A DNA stretch of 52,889 nt, the filler included, from Porpidia crustulata (lineage: Eukaryota), in assembly GCA_964255105.1 (NCBI GenBank). It is 4 parts of 4 records of this genome, joined end to end, with 100 filler letters (N's around TTAATTAATTAA, not from the genome) between each part and the next. Parts side by side here need not be neighbours in the genome. Positions count along the whole stretch, not along the records: positions 26,512 to 39,654 come from CAXUWE010000455.1; positions 39,755 to 52,889 come from CAXUWE010000456.1; 2 more parts are not named here. The stretch is one strand, 5' to 3'. Position 1 is the stretch's first letter, and every line of letters begins with the position of its first letter. Below are positions 26,512 through 42,829 of this stretch, piece after piece. The notes below the pieces were generated by a model that was given only the letters and a program-made list of their open reading frames with translations, made no database searches and was not told the origin of the DNA. Both the position numbers and the translations under genes were made by a program.

Positions 26512-27587
26512 ATCCCTTCCATCTCCCCCTCCACCTTCTCCCTCAGAACCCTCATCTCCATCCCTCGATCCCCAACCACCAATCCTACCGTCTCCACAAA
26601 TGTCTCCCCGTTGTTCTCGAACCACTCGCCCCCCAGATCCGCCACGAACCTCTCCACCACCATCTTCGCGCCTGCCGCATAGCCTCCATGTCCTACGTAC
26701 GCCGCATCCACGCGCGCATCGCTCGCGCCGGTGCTACCCGTAAGCTCGCTGAATAAGTCCATCAGTTGCCCGGGGTCGAGTTTCAGCATGTCCTCGACGA
26801 CGTAGTAGTGAGCGATTTCGTCGCCCCAGCCTTCCGACGGGTAGCCGTAGCCATCGGGGCGGGAACGCGCGAGCAGCTTCGAGACGTGTGGGGTGCTGTG
26901 GAAGTGCGCGTGGGGGAACCCGGGCGGGTAGTGGTGGGATGCCTGGAGGCGCGTGGGGTACGTGTCATCGGTCAGACGAGCTTTGTGTCTGCGCAAGACG
27001 AGTGCGTTGCTGGGGCAGATGTAGGTCTGCACGACGTCGCGGAAGATATTGGAGAGGTCTAGCATTTCGGCAAGCTGGTCCGTGGGCCAGGAACGCAGCA
27101 GGGCAGCGCGGGAGCGGATAATTGGCGGTGAGAGACGCATTGTGCGTCGTTGCGGTTTGTGGAAAGCGAGACTGTAGAGCCAAAGACGGTAGCAAGCGCG
27201 ACGGAGGCGGTGGCGCTCGAGAGGGGTGAGTAGACGACGGGAAGAGCTTTGCGGGCCGCGCCATTTCTGGAAGGGGTAGCAGTTCGCCCACTGATTTGCG
27301 ACACGTCCGACCGCGAGGAGGCGGGTGAGGAGGGCAAGCGAGTGGGGAGGCGAAGGGCGCGGTAGGTGGGCTGATTGACTCGTGTTGTGGGTGACGAGGG
27401 TAACGGCCGAGGAGACCGGGCCGAATTGGGCTTCGGCCGCGACGTAAAGGGTTGGAAGACGTCGGATCGGAGAGAGGACCCTGCGGAAATGATGACAGGT
27501 TGTCGCAAGGTTGAGAACGGAAGGAATGTCTGCACAACTTTCGTAGATGTGAAAGACAAGCTCGTTAGGAAGGTCGGTGAATTGCAT
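26512..27587 (-). CDS. F-box-like domain protein, 3' end lost in gap
   Basis: N-terminal MQFTDLPNELVFHIYESC...VLNLATTCHHF F-box-like motif; ERHRLRRACYRLWLY segment typical of fungal F-box proteins; long intronless ORF. Confidence 0.78.
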
Positions 27588-28308
27588 GCTGTATATATTT
27601 TTGGGGGTTTTTGGGGGTTTCGGGTTTATGCTCTTTCTTTTTTATCTGTGACCTGGAAAATTCAATATAGAAGGCTTTACAACTTCTCCCACCCTTCTAT
27701 TCCCTGGAACTCCTTCAAATATCTTGATCGTCGACGTGAGACAGTGCTTACAGTGTACCAACGCCGAAAGGCAACTCAAGGGACTCAGCTAATGAAGACC
27801 CCTTCGTTGGGGCTATGATGGAGTTGAGATGCATCGTGAGATGATCTCCGCACAAACTCTCGCATTGTCAGTTGAAAGCCCTCAGGGCGTGTGATAGTTT
27901 TGAGCATGTTGTTCGTGGTAAGGAGAGAAAATGTTATGAGTAGCTGGACTTGAAAGTAAATATGTCAAACCCCTGATAGGGAGATTACGAGCTGAGTGTA
28001 TTTTATGCACTAGCCTGTATTTTACTGGATTCACAACCACCTCATCCTACTATGTAGGCCTCTACGATGACTGCTAAGTACTACCGGATTTGCATGTCTC
28101 ACCCAAGATGCAGAAATCCTGGAAATACCAGGCCGCGCGAACCCAGCTTTTAAGAGAAATGGATCGAATTGCACGTTTTCATTTTTACTAAATGCTACCT
28201 TAATTGCAACTAGGCCACCAAAATCGAAACCTTGACTGCATCTGTTCTCTTCGATATCGCTCTAGAATGTCTGTAAGTGAGACTTTTCTTAGGAACAATC
28301 CCTCCTCG

Positions 28309-28347
28309 TTATAGACGACTGCGAACCTCAGCGCTCTGTCCTGATTC

Positions 28348-28350
<3 letters not shown>
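28309..28350 (-). other. gpd: Cryptic C-terminal extension of GAPDH ending in PTS1 (stop-ESGQSAEVRSRL*)
   Basis: TAG GAA TCA GGA CAG AGC GCT GAG GTT CGC AGT CGT CTA TAA in frame after the stop. Confidence 0.85.
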
Positions 28351-29689
<1,339 letters not shown>

Positions 29690-31209
29690 TATAAAATCTA
29701 GTAGAGTTTTAAGCCATAATAATCCTTTTTTGACAATGCAAATCGTACCTTTGCGTTGATTGACTCCGTAATTACTCTGGATAAACGTTCGAGACACTTG
29801 AGAAGTTGATACTATCGAGGGTTTCGTGGTTGTGGGGTGAAATGTTTGTTGAGAGAAGTGGGCGGAAATGGAGGGGTTTTTAAATGACCCTATGACGCTT
29901 TCGACCTTGGTACAGATGACGCCCCGATCCCTCCTGCTCTCCGACGGAGTTTATTCGTGGGAAGTCGAAGCCTCAAGTGGCACCACGCACTCATCCGACA
30001 GGTCTTGCGCGATTATTCGGCTTGCGTTGCTTTGGAAGCTTACGGTATGAATTAGATCTCACCCTGTATGGAGTATTCCAATGCTATCCTGTGATGCGCA
30101 CAATTTTCCACATACGAGATGCAGGTACCTCCAGAGCATTGTATGCAACCATGATACCTATATAGACCTTGCTGCAACTAGCTAAGGGACGTGCAAGCTA
30201 CTTAAAATGATCGGTGATGACACATCTTGAAGTAGTTATTATCCGATGAGAAGATTGCCTAGACAACCTCAATGACCGTCTATACACCAAAGCGATGCGA
30301 TGATAGCTCCATGTCGGGGTCAAGCTGGAAAACGGGTGATTTGGATTGACGCAGCATTATTTGTTAGATTCTTTTATGAAATAACTTCAATGGCCATGTG
30401 CCTGTTCGTCGGGAGTGGCTCATTAAAAGCTCAAACATTGTGGTCTTGCTGAGAGAATTACGCTTCAATACAAGATATACTGTTGATAGTGAACGGGCCA
30501 AGTACGCCGAAAAGCTGTCCATCAGCTTGCCTTATTCCAATGAATCTGGCTATTAAGACTGGAGCAGCCAAAAAATGTGCAAAAGCTGACCCTGCTGGCA
30601 TACGATTGGCTTCCCATCAAAAATGTCGCGCATTCAATCTTGGGAATTCACTCAAGAATGCTCGTGTAACTTTGATACCCTCATGTGGGCACCAGACCTT
30701 ACCTTTCCAAGGAAAAAGAGAGCGAAGAAGAAATATATTAACCATTAGATTTTCTCAGACAGACAAAAAAAGCATGAGACTCGATCTAGAAACTCCAAAG
30801 AAGGGAAAGATAATGCACTTTTATCATTACTCCCTAGCATCAGTTTCCGAACAAGAACATTGCCTATGCAGTAAGAGAGGTAGTAGATCGAATCCCATTT
30901 GCTTGAACAAGTGAGGTAAAGGTACAAATAAGTTTATGTTCAAGTTCTCTATGCATCTGTACATAAGTCTTCTCCGGATTTATTGAGCCCAAGTGCTGGA
31001 TGCCATAGCTCCACCTTTCCCCATATGCCCCTCCCTCCAATCACAGCATTTTGAACAACCACTGTAGAGTGCAGGCGGATGCATGGATAACAATTAGTAC
31101 CTTGAGAGCACATAGGCTGTAATGTGCTGCGACGTCCCAGGAGAGGAAAATCCGACAAGCTGGTCAAGTACAATACATTTGTTGCAGTGTGTCCATGATA
31201 AAGACAGCT

Positions 31210-31961
31210 CTATTCTCTTTTGGGCTTGCTCTGCACTTGGCCTTTGCCAGTATAGCCTTCCGACGATACTCCTGAAATTGCTTCGGTTTTTTGGTTCTGG
31301 AAGCGCAATTAGGATGGTTAACGTAAATAGGGAGAGACGAAACAATTACCTTTAGATACTCATTCGTCATCTCCTGATATTGCTGGTTCATAGTTCCAGG
31401 TCCAGGGCGAGCAAAAGATCTGATGATAACGAAAATTACAAAGGAGATGGCCACTCCGGTCATGGTCCAAAGAAAGATCATTCTACCCTCACCGGGAGGG
31501 GGAAGGGCACGTGGACCATGGGGCCCGAAAGCAACCCAGTATGCTAAGATCAAAGCTGTGTTAGTCGGCATATGTTCAAGAGCTGTACATGAAGAATCAA
31601 GATGTATTTCTTCGCGTAAAAAAGCAAAGTCAGGTATCCGCGCCGCGCTTCAGTCCGGAATCCATCGCTTTGTAAACCTACCGGCCTTTTTCTCCTGAAG
31701 AGTCAGTTCATGCCAATCGTTCTTCATCCGATCTCTCAATGCCATCCATAGCTCTGCCTGCTCCTGCGGAGGCATCGTTTCCCACCTCTTCTCTATACCA
31801 GCCAACGTGGGGTTCGAAATGGCATGCCCGGATGACTGTCGTGCTTGGCCGTAATGAATGTCGAGGTTTAAAATGGGTGTTGCTGGTCGGATCGCCGTTC
31901 GGATTGAAGCACCTAGGAACTTTGACGAGCTGGGAGTAGCTCGGGAGAGTGACCGTAGCAT
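31210..31961 (-). CDS. COX5: Cytochrome c oxidase subunit V (COX4/COX5 family), 3 exons
   Basis: Presequence then HAISNPTLAGIEKRWETMPPQEQAELWMALRDRMK...QEKKAAYWVAFGPHGPR, TM helix, TMNQQYQEMTNEYLK...SSEGYTGKGQVQS; introns 31681-31544 and 31349-31297; in-frame alternative ATG at 31979. Confidence 0.96.
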
Positions 31962-32293
31962 TGAGAGGGATTTATACATGAACGGTGAGAGTAGGCGCTG
32001 GCGTAATGTGCTCGAGGGCCTGTGTGTACAGCTCCGAGTAGCTGTCCGCAGCTCAATTGAGGTCGAATCGCATGAATTCCGCGAGGTTGTCTGTATGGCC
32101 GGAGGTTGACGATAGAAAATGAGGTCCTGAAATGTAAATTAGGGCTGTAGCCTAACGACATATGGGATAGCGGGCCATTCCTTACTCCCGTCTTGCACGA
32201 ATACGACCTCAATCTTTGCTCCTCAAATCCCAGCTTCCATTGTCTTCACATCTTGCCTCTAACATCCTATTCTCTCCTCGAGTATCAATCACA
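31962..32293. promoter_or_regulatory. Probable bidirectional promoter shared by COX5 and ATP2
   Basis: Only ~330 nt between divergent start codons; imperfect palindrome TTAGGgctgtagCCTAA at 32139-32155 near the midpoint. Confidence 0.6.
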
Positions 32294-34284
<1,991 letters not shown>

Positions 34285-34524
34285 TGGTTGTGAGCAAATC
34301 GCGAGCTTTGTAGTATGTATTCTTAGTAGATATGGGGTCGTAGAAGATGGGCGACGACGTGTTACGTCTCCGAAACCCTTCCATCTCAATCAGAAAATAA
34401 TTTTTGTTAGACATGACTATATGACTATGTGCCGCCACCACCCATAGATGTATTAGAACATCGCTAGTAACCTCGCTGCAAAATGATCCATCATTTATCA
34501 TGTCAAACGGTTGCGTCAGCCTCA

Positions 34525-36465
34525 TCACATAAATCCTGCAGCCTTGCTCTTCTCCCGATATTCCTCAAAGCTCCCTGCCGCCCTAGCTTCTCCCCCTCTA
34601 CCTTCCCCACGGTCAGATCCCTGACCTGCGGCAGGTTTCTGCTTGAAATCGAATTCCTCCTCCTCCGCCGCAATCATCGCTTGGAATTTATGTCCCTGGC
34701 CCCTTGCCAAGTATACCGGCGCACACTCCCTTCTGGCCACAGCCGCCGTGATAAGAACGTGTTTGATGCTCGACCCGGGCGCTTCGAACATCGTCTCCGT
34801 CAATAGCCGCTCGCACACGGTCCTCAGTCCCCTGGCCCCGGTGCCCATGCCCAAGCTGCTCTTTGCGATTTCAACGAGTGCGCCACGCGTGAAGCGAAGC
34901 TCGACGCCGCTCAGGGAGAAGAGCTGCTCATACTGCTTTATGAGGGAGTTGCGGGGTTCAGTGAGGACGCGAACGAGAGCTTGTTCGTCAAGGGCTGAGA
35001 GGGCGGCGGATACGGGGATGCGCCCAACGAGTTCGGGGATGAGGCCGTAGGTTTGTAAGTCGGTGGGTTCGACGAGATCAAGGGGATTGTAGGTGATCGG
35101 GGCGCCGGACGGAGGAAGGGTGGCGGTGGTGAAGAAGGGGAGGTGCTTTTCGAAGAGTTTGGATTCCTCGGAGTCGGGGGGCACGGAAACGGTGGTGCTT
35201 TGAGCATTTGTGGTATTTGAAGAGGATTGGGAGCGGATGGGGCTGTTGAAACCGATGGAGCCTTTGGCGATGCGATTGAGGATGAGTTTTTGAAGGCCGA
35301 CGAAGGCGCCGGTGAAGATAAAGAGGATATTGTCAGTGCGGACGCTGTAGATCTCGGGTTTTGATGGGCCAGAGAGGGTGTTGCTTGGACCAGAAGAAGA
35401 GGATGCAGGGCCACCCATGACACCACCTGAAAGAGGGCTATTGGTAGGATAGGTATTTGCAGAAGATGAGCTGGGACTGCCACTGCGCGAGGATGACCTT
35501 TCTTGCTTAGCTTGGATTTGAAGGGTTGTACCCTCAACAATCTTGAGCAAGGCTTGCTGGACACCTTCGCCACCAACGTCTTTGCCATGACTGACTTTTG
35601 CGGTGCTGATTTTGTCAATCTCATCGAGACAAATAATGCCGTGTTCAGCAGCAGCAACGTCATAATTTGCGGCTGCGAGGAGCCGCTGGACGCATATCTC
35701 GGCGTCTTCGCCAATGTAGCCGGCCTGAGTGAAAGGAGTGCAGTCAGACATGCTGAAGGGCACGGCAAGGACACGGGCGAGGGTTTTGGCCATCAGGGTT
35801 TTCCCAACGCCACTCGGGCCTAGAAGAAGGACGTTGGTCTTGTCAAGAGCGAGAGGCGACGAATCTAGGGTAGGTTCTNNNNNNNNNNCGTAGTGTTGTT
35901 TTGTAAATCGCGAGAGGCTACTATTTTAGGGTCTGTTCTCGTGCTGTGGGGGGGGGGGGATGTAAATGGATGGTCTGCTGTTGCCCTGGATATTCGTCTG
36001 GATCCGGGGTTTAGTACATGAAATCATGATGATTATTATCGTCATACCATCTAGTGGGTGGCCCTTGGCCATTTCTCTCCGTAATCGCTGCTGAAGTATT
36101 GCCTGCTCCTCCTCTTCTTGTCGTAAGGCATCCTGTATTTTTTGATAATGATTGTACACCGCCACACTAAGGACCTTCTTTGCCCTCTCCTGACCCACGA
36201 CAAATTGATCTAAATGTTGCTTGAGAGCTTTCGGCGTCAACTTAGGCGCTCCCAGGATAGAAGCGTCGCCGAGCGGTCCTGTTGTTCTCTCATTGGGCTC
36301 ATAGCTGCCGGTGAAAGGTTGACTAGTAAAGTCAGAGCGGTGAAATTTCGAAGATGAGCGAGAAGCGTTGGATGTGGCGAAGGACCGGTAGATAGAAGAT
36401 AGAGCTATGTAGGACCACCGAACTTGGGCCTGAGGGTGTCTGGTGGCTAGGGATTGAAAAGCCAT
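34525..36465 (-). CDS. MCX1: Mitochondrial ClpX AAA+ chaperone/unfoldase; spans a 10-N gap and an apparent 1-nt frameshift at a G12 run
   Basis: [88 protein letters not shown]; intron 36047-35998. Confidence 0.93.
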
Positions 36466-37088
36466 CTGATGAAGCGATTGGTTTTGTGTTCATCGAGGAC
36501 CTAGCGAACTCGGCATCAAGGGTTCTCGAAGTTACAAATGACCTGCGGCGATGCACATTGTTTCAGAAAGCGATATGATTGTCTGCTAGACGTGATGGTT
36601 AGCGACATATAGCAGAACATGTGAGCAGTACTTACGCCATATACGCGGCCAGACCGCTCCCAATTCTCCCAATTACCATCTACCGTCGCTACCGTCCACC
36701 CTCACCTCGAGGTATCTTAGGGCGGATGGATCGATAAGCCCGGGCACGTGATAAATACCAGCCTTAAGCGCTACCACGACGCCTAGGGAACGCACGATGA
36801 TGATGATCTGCAAAGGTGGACGTGAAAGTCTTTTCTGTTGGCTGTTGAGGAGCCGCCAAAAGTTTAGCCTGATGGAGGGGAAAGTGACCCTCCGACCCCG
36901 CCATTCTGATAGGGCTCAATTGCTCCATATGGATAACAATCCCAATCGGTCTCGAAATTATGTGTTTCTTCTTCTACTCTTATCACAGGAACGCAACTTC
37001 TTTCGAAGTAACCTGAGGAGTCGTCCCGACGATAGCTTGGTGTCACTAAGCCAACCTGCTCAAGCAAATCAAGAAGAGCGTCTTCAGG

Positions 37089-39502
37089 ATGTCTCTTAAC
37101 AAGGAATCCAACAACTCGGTCGTGGGAGAGCCTGGCGGCAATAAAGTTCCTGCTGATGGTACTGGTAAGTCTTACTGCCCTTGTTTATGGGAAATATCGC
37201 AACTAATATGGCTAGGTGTCGTTCAGTTGGATCCTTGGCTCTCGCCATTCAAGGACGCCCTGAGGAGCCGATACAGTCATGCCCAGAAGTGGATCAAGAC
37301 AATCGAGGAAACCGAAGGCGGTCTAGAGAAGTTCAGTAGAGGTTTCGAAAAATTTGGATTCAATGTTCATGAAAATGGAGATGTCACCTACAGAGAATGG
37401 GCTCCAAACGTGACAAAGGCATATCTCATTGGCGACTTTAGTAAGTTGCATTCTTGCATCTACTTTCGAAAAACCTGCTGATTTTCGCCGTCCACCAGAT
37501 AACTGGAATCGAGAAGCGACGCCGATGACCCGAGGCGAATATGGAAGATGGGAAATCACATTACCGACCAAAGACGGCCAACTTGCTATACCGCATGGTT
37601 CTAAGGTCAAGGTAAGTCATGAAGGCTCCGTACTCGCTGACGAAAATTAACTCATGGTTCTAGATATCTATGATAAGGCCATCCGGAGAACGAATTGAGC
37701 GCATCCCAGCATGGATTACACGTGTGACACAAGATCTGACCGTCTCCCCAGCCTATGATGGCATATTTTGGAACCCCCCGAAAACCGAGCGGTATATCTT
37801 TAAACACTCCCGGCCGAAGAAGCCGGCCAGCGTTCGCATATACGAAGCTCATGTTGGAATTTCGTCTCCCGAGCTACGGATCACAACCTACAAGGAGTTT
37901 ACGAAGAACGTGCTACCAAGAATACACCATCTAGGATACAACGTCATTCAATTGATGGCAATTATGGAGCATGCTTACTATGCAAGTTTTGGATATCAGA
38001 TAAACAGCTTTTTTGCTGCTAGCAGCCGATTTGGCACCCCAGACGATCTGAGAGAACTTATCGACACTGCTCATAGCCTGGGGATTGCTGTACTTCTGGA
38101 TGTTGTGCATAGTCATGCTTCAAAAAATGTCCTGGACGGTCTCAACGAATTCGATGGTTCAGATAATCTGTATTTCCATGAAGGTGCAAAAGGTAGACAT
38201 GCATTGTGGGATAGTCGATTGTTCAATTATGGCAGCCACGAGGTTCTAAGATTTCTACTATCTAATTTACGATTTTGGATGGATGAGTACCAATTTGATG
38301 GATTTCGATTTGATGGTGTCACAAGCATGCTATATACTCACCATGGAATTGGCACGTAAGTGTAGATGCTCTTTTTTGGAGATTTCGCTAATGTTGATAG
38401 GGGGTTCTCTGGGGGCTACCATGAGTATTTTGGGCCAAACGTTGATGAGGATGGAGTTGTGTATCTGATGTTGGCCAACGAGATGCTACATAATCTTTAC
38501 CCAACTTCTATCACAATAGCAGAGGATGTTTCAGGCATGCCTGCGTTATGTGTAGCCTTATCACTTGGTGGAATCGGTTTTGATTATAGATTAGCTATGG
38601 CCATCCCGGATATGTACATCAAATGGCTCAAAGAAAAGGAAGACGCTGAATGGGATATGGGAGCTCTGACATTTACATTGACGAATCGAAGGCATGGCGA
38701 AAAAACCATTGCCTACGCTGAGAGCCACGACCAAGCGTAAGTTAATCGTTGATTAATAAGAGATCTTACTAACAGCAGATGAAGTCTCGTCGGCGACAAA
38801 TCCCTATTGATGTGGCTCTGCGACAAAGAACTCTACACCCACATGTCCATCCTCTCAGTCTTCACCCCCGTCATCGAACGCGGCCTCTCCCTGCACAAAA
38901 TGATCCGCCTCATCACCCACGGCCTTGGCGGCGAAGGCTACCTCAACTTCGAAGGCAACGAATTCGGCCACCCGGAATGGCTCGACTTCCCCCGCGAAGG
39001 CAACGACAACAGCTTCTGGTACGCCCGGCGCCAGTTCAACCTCGCCGACGACCAGATGCTGCGCTACCGCTTCCTCAACGAGTTCGACAGCAAGATGCAG
39101 TGGACCGAGGAGAAGTACGGCTGGCTGCACGCCGAGCAGGCGTACGTCAGCCTGCGGAACGAAAAGGACAAGGTTGTCGTGTTCGAGCGTGCGGGACTGC
39201 TGTGGATCTTCAACTTCCACCCGACGGAAAGCTTTGCGGATTACCGCATCGGCGTGCAGCAGAGCGGCACGTATCAGATCGTGCTCGACACGGATGACGC
39301 GGCGTTTGGCGGGTTCGGGCGGAATGTCAAGGGGACGAGGTTTTTCACAACGCCGTTGGAGTGGAACGGCAGGAAGAATTTCATCCAGGTGTATATCCCT
39401 ACGAGGACCGCAATTGTGAGTTTCGGGATATTTGCTTTGCTTTGAGGGATTATGGCTGATATGTTTGATTCGTAGGTACTCGCGTTGGAATCGACGATAT
39501 GA
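37089..39502 (+). CDS. GLC3: 1,4-alpha-glucan branching enzyme (GH13), 7 exons
   Basis: [79 protein letters not shown]; six GT-AG introns. Confidence 0.98.
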
Positions 39503-39654
39503 TGGGTGTGTGGATATGCAGATATGGTACTTGGCCCGTTTGTACTTGGAGAATCTGCGCGGTTGTGTTTTATCTTCTGAACATAGCAATTTTGAGAGAT
39601 TGTACTTTGACCTATTTTGGACGCAAATCCTTCAATGTTGGACATCTGAACCAA

Positions 39655-39754
39655 NNNNNNNNNNNNNNNNNNNNNNNNNNNNNNNNNNNNNNNNNNNNTT
39701 AATTAATTAANNNNNNNNNNNNNNNNNNNNNNNNNNNNNNNNNNNNNNNNNNNN
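39655..39754. other. Artificial assembly spacer with TTAATTAATTAA linker
   Basis: 44 N + 12-mer + 44 N. Confidence 0.97.
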
Positions 39755-42700
39755 AGGTGTGGGTTGGGTGTTGTGGTGGTGAAGGGTAGGGGTTTGACTT
39801 GGAGAAGCGTGCGGGGTTTTTGGAGGGTTGGTTGGAGTTTGATGAGCCCAGGAATGTCTGAGATATGATGCTCTGTTTCGAGGAAGATATTGTGGCTTTT
39901 TGAAGTTGAATAGCGATAGAAGGACAACAATTTCCAGATCCATAAGAATTCGGCACTGATACAGGATGGAGCAACACTAGAGATGGGCACTTTGTCCATG
40001 TCCAAAGGTATAGCAAAGTCGTAGCAGAGTGGCGTACTAGTGAAAGAGGTTCACTGGGTAGAGGATGAATTGGAATCAGGTAGGGCGACGGGAATCTTGG
40101 CGTTATTACGTCACGCAAGGCCGCTCGAATTAGTATTTCCTCTTGAAAATCGAGATCCGCTTGGAAGAGCTGAGTTCTCGGAGCAGTGTCCGAAGCCTTT
40201 CGAGAGTGATGAATTCTCAAGCTGTAGCGGCAGTCTTATCGAAATCAAAAGGTCGCCTTCATCAAAGAGGTTATTGAATCATAGTCTTCGGTCTCTGATT
40301 TTCGAGGCCGTTTTTGTGAGAAAGGCTGACGTGCAAAGCTGTTTTTCGGGGTGCTGGTGAATGCCGCGATGAAAATTTGTTGGAGCTAGATTGCCATTAT
40401 CTTATTGATGTGTTCTGCGATGCGTTGGATTTGACGTGTAGATTCTGTGATGACTTTCATTATTTGCTTGTTGTCTTTGGTGATGATGGTTTTGTTTGGT
40501 TGTGGTCTTGGATGGTATAGTTGGTTGGATAATTATGGGGGCTTGTCAAACCACAAGTATGATGTTCTTGTATTTGTCGTCGACTATTGATGACACATCG
40601 CTGCATCAGCGTTCTTATTCATGGTTAGAACACGTCGAGGCACCCTTCAGACACAAGTATGTGTTGTTGATCACGGAGCGTATCGGGATTGGCTAAATAG
40701 AGATCCACTGCCAATCCTCAATTTTGGGAGCTCTCAAATCCAAGACATTTACACTGTCGTAAAAGTCCTTGTGAACTCGTTCCTAATTTGCCCATGTCAG
40801 AAATCGACGAATCCCGTAGAAATAATCCAGCAGCTCCGACTGAAAACCATGCAGCGACTATATCGTCTACCGATGTGGCCCTGCAGGCTCGAAAAGCCGG
40901 TGTCATAAGTTCGATTCTCAGCATCTTCCCCAAGCGAAAATCTCACTCGAAGGAATCTCAAAATGAGATGCAGCACAACAAGGCCGACAATTTCAGGCGC
41001 ATCGATAGCTTCTGTATTGCCGATATTGAGACTGACATTGTACGATCTCAAGTTCCTTCGTATTTCAAACATAGACATTGAGTTTTAATCTTAGGACCGC
41101 ATCTTCTTGATATATGGGCCCTTTGATGTCGCATATGGAGGTTTTACCGAAAGAGGAAACCCCTTCATCGTATGTTACCAGGTATGGCCTTATCCATCTC
41201 GCTTCCAGAGGTCTCGCAACTGAAAGGAATCAGGAAAACAAATTCTCGACGAAGATGAAAGATATAGCGTTGATAGACTATCATTATGTATGGTTCCTTA
41301 GTCGGTGAATCAAATTGAGCTCATCTGCAGCACTAGAGTCAGCCTACGGACATCCAGGAACGCCACCAATCCAAAGATCTGAGCGATGATAACAAACCCG
41401 AGGTGGCCGAAAGCTCCCGGAGTGGCGCTCAAATCCCTGAGCAAGAGCAAAGAGAATTATGGACGGACATCGACTTCTCGGAGCCGACTGAAAGCACCAT
41501 GGAAGAAGATTGGACTTTATTAGATCGAACAAAAAGGAGGGCATAAATCTGGCATATGGATTCCCGGTTTGTCGCAATGCCCCTCTTAAATACGAAATAG
41601 CTAATCTACGAGTTTGACTGATATAAAGGATAGGTTACATTAATGACAATCCTGGAGGTTGGATGATATGTGCTTTTTACATTGATAGCCATTGCAAACA
41701 ATGACAAGGTAACGATAAAATTGAGTGAGAGGTAATGGACACAATATTAATTGCAAGATCCTCGATCTAAGGCCAGCGACCACCTGTCAGCTACCTGAGC
41801 TACCGATAAATCTGCGGCAAACATCAGGTACTGAGCAATGGCAAGGCGTTAAATCATAGTTGACTCTTGACATTTCTAGTTGGATATCTAGCAAGGCTTT
41901 TCGTGTTTGCCTATTATAAGTTTGTGGAAAGATTGCGATGGAAGGTCTAAGCAATAAATCCCTTAAATTACAATCTTGTTTGCGTTTCCCTAAATAAAAT
42001 TTTACACATTTCATCGAGGGAGAAGAGCGAGAGATGAGACCGTTATTTTGGGCTAGCTACCTCATTATAGCAGGCGGCCCGCGCCAAGAGCGCTTGCGCC
42101 ACTGAAAGTAGTTAAGCGATTATGGCTCTTCCATTGGGAAGTAAGAGGTTCGTCGGATGCCCTTCAAATGCACAAGTATCGAATGAAAGTCCAGCGACTG
42201 GACTTGTACCAACGTAGTGGAATTTCAGAATCGAGTTCGCCATGTCGAGAACATATCCGATGCTCAGAAGGCGACACCAATATCAAATTAATTAATCGGT
42301 AGAAAATCTGGCATCTCACTCCTGGACTATCGATTCCAAATATGAAAAGGAAGCTAGATGGTCGTGATTATTTCATGTATCCACAATTCCTCTAATTGCG
42401 GAGAATCAGTGAGGAGCTGTATCTCTCCCTTCTGTGGTATTATGAAGTCCTTCCCAACTTCCTAGGCCAACATATTTCCAATAATTAGATTAGTGAACGA
42501 GTCTTAGGGTGAGGTTTGATGTTACTTTGAGGTACTGTCAGGAAGATATAGCCCGAAATACGGTTGGTGCCTTGCGGTTTGCTATACTCCTACTACCTGA
42601 TTGACACAGGATTCGGATAGCTGTGAATCATCCCTTATCGAATATATTTTCCTATGTCACAGATTTTGTACACAGAAAGGGACGAAAAGGACCAAATGTC

Positions 42701-42829
42701 ATATTCCTCCGTATAATATTACAGGAAGAAAAGCCACACAAAAAGTAGAGCAGAGTTAACAAGGAGTCCGTGTCGTCCTGTTGGGCCAAATCGATTGGTA
42801 TAGCGGACGAGGCCAGCCTACACGTTGCT

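Noticed and set aside
36797..36872. Box C (ATGATGA) ... box D (CTGA) spaced like a C/D snoRNA
   Set aside because: The box C is part of a GAT trinucleotide run, there is no convincing terminal stem or recognisable rRNA guide, and it sits in a divergent promoter
38779..39654. Long overlapping and antisense ORFs over GLC3, and likewise over clpX (34938-35774), the F-box gene (26965-27559), DUF3752 and PNG1 (13549-14268)
   Set aside because: Shadow frames caused by high GC3 in real genes; low-complexity translations without domain motifs
39755..41600. ORFs after the third gap (39755-40220 minus, 40788-41308 plus)
   Set aside because: Stops and frame breaks in every attempted model and no family motifs
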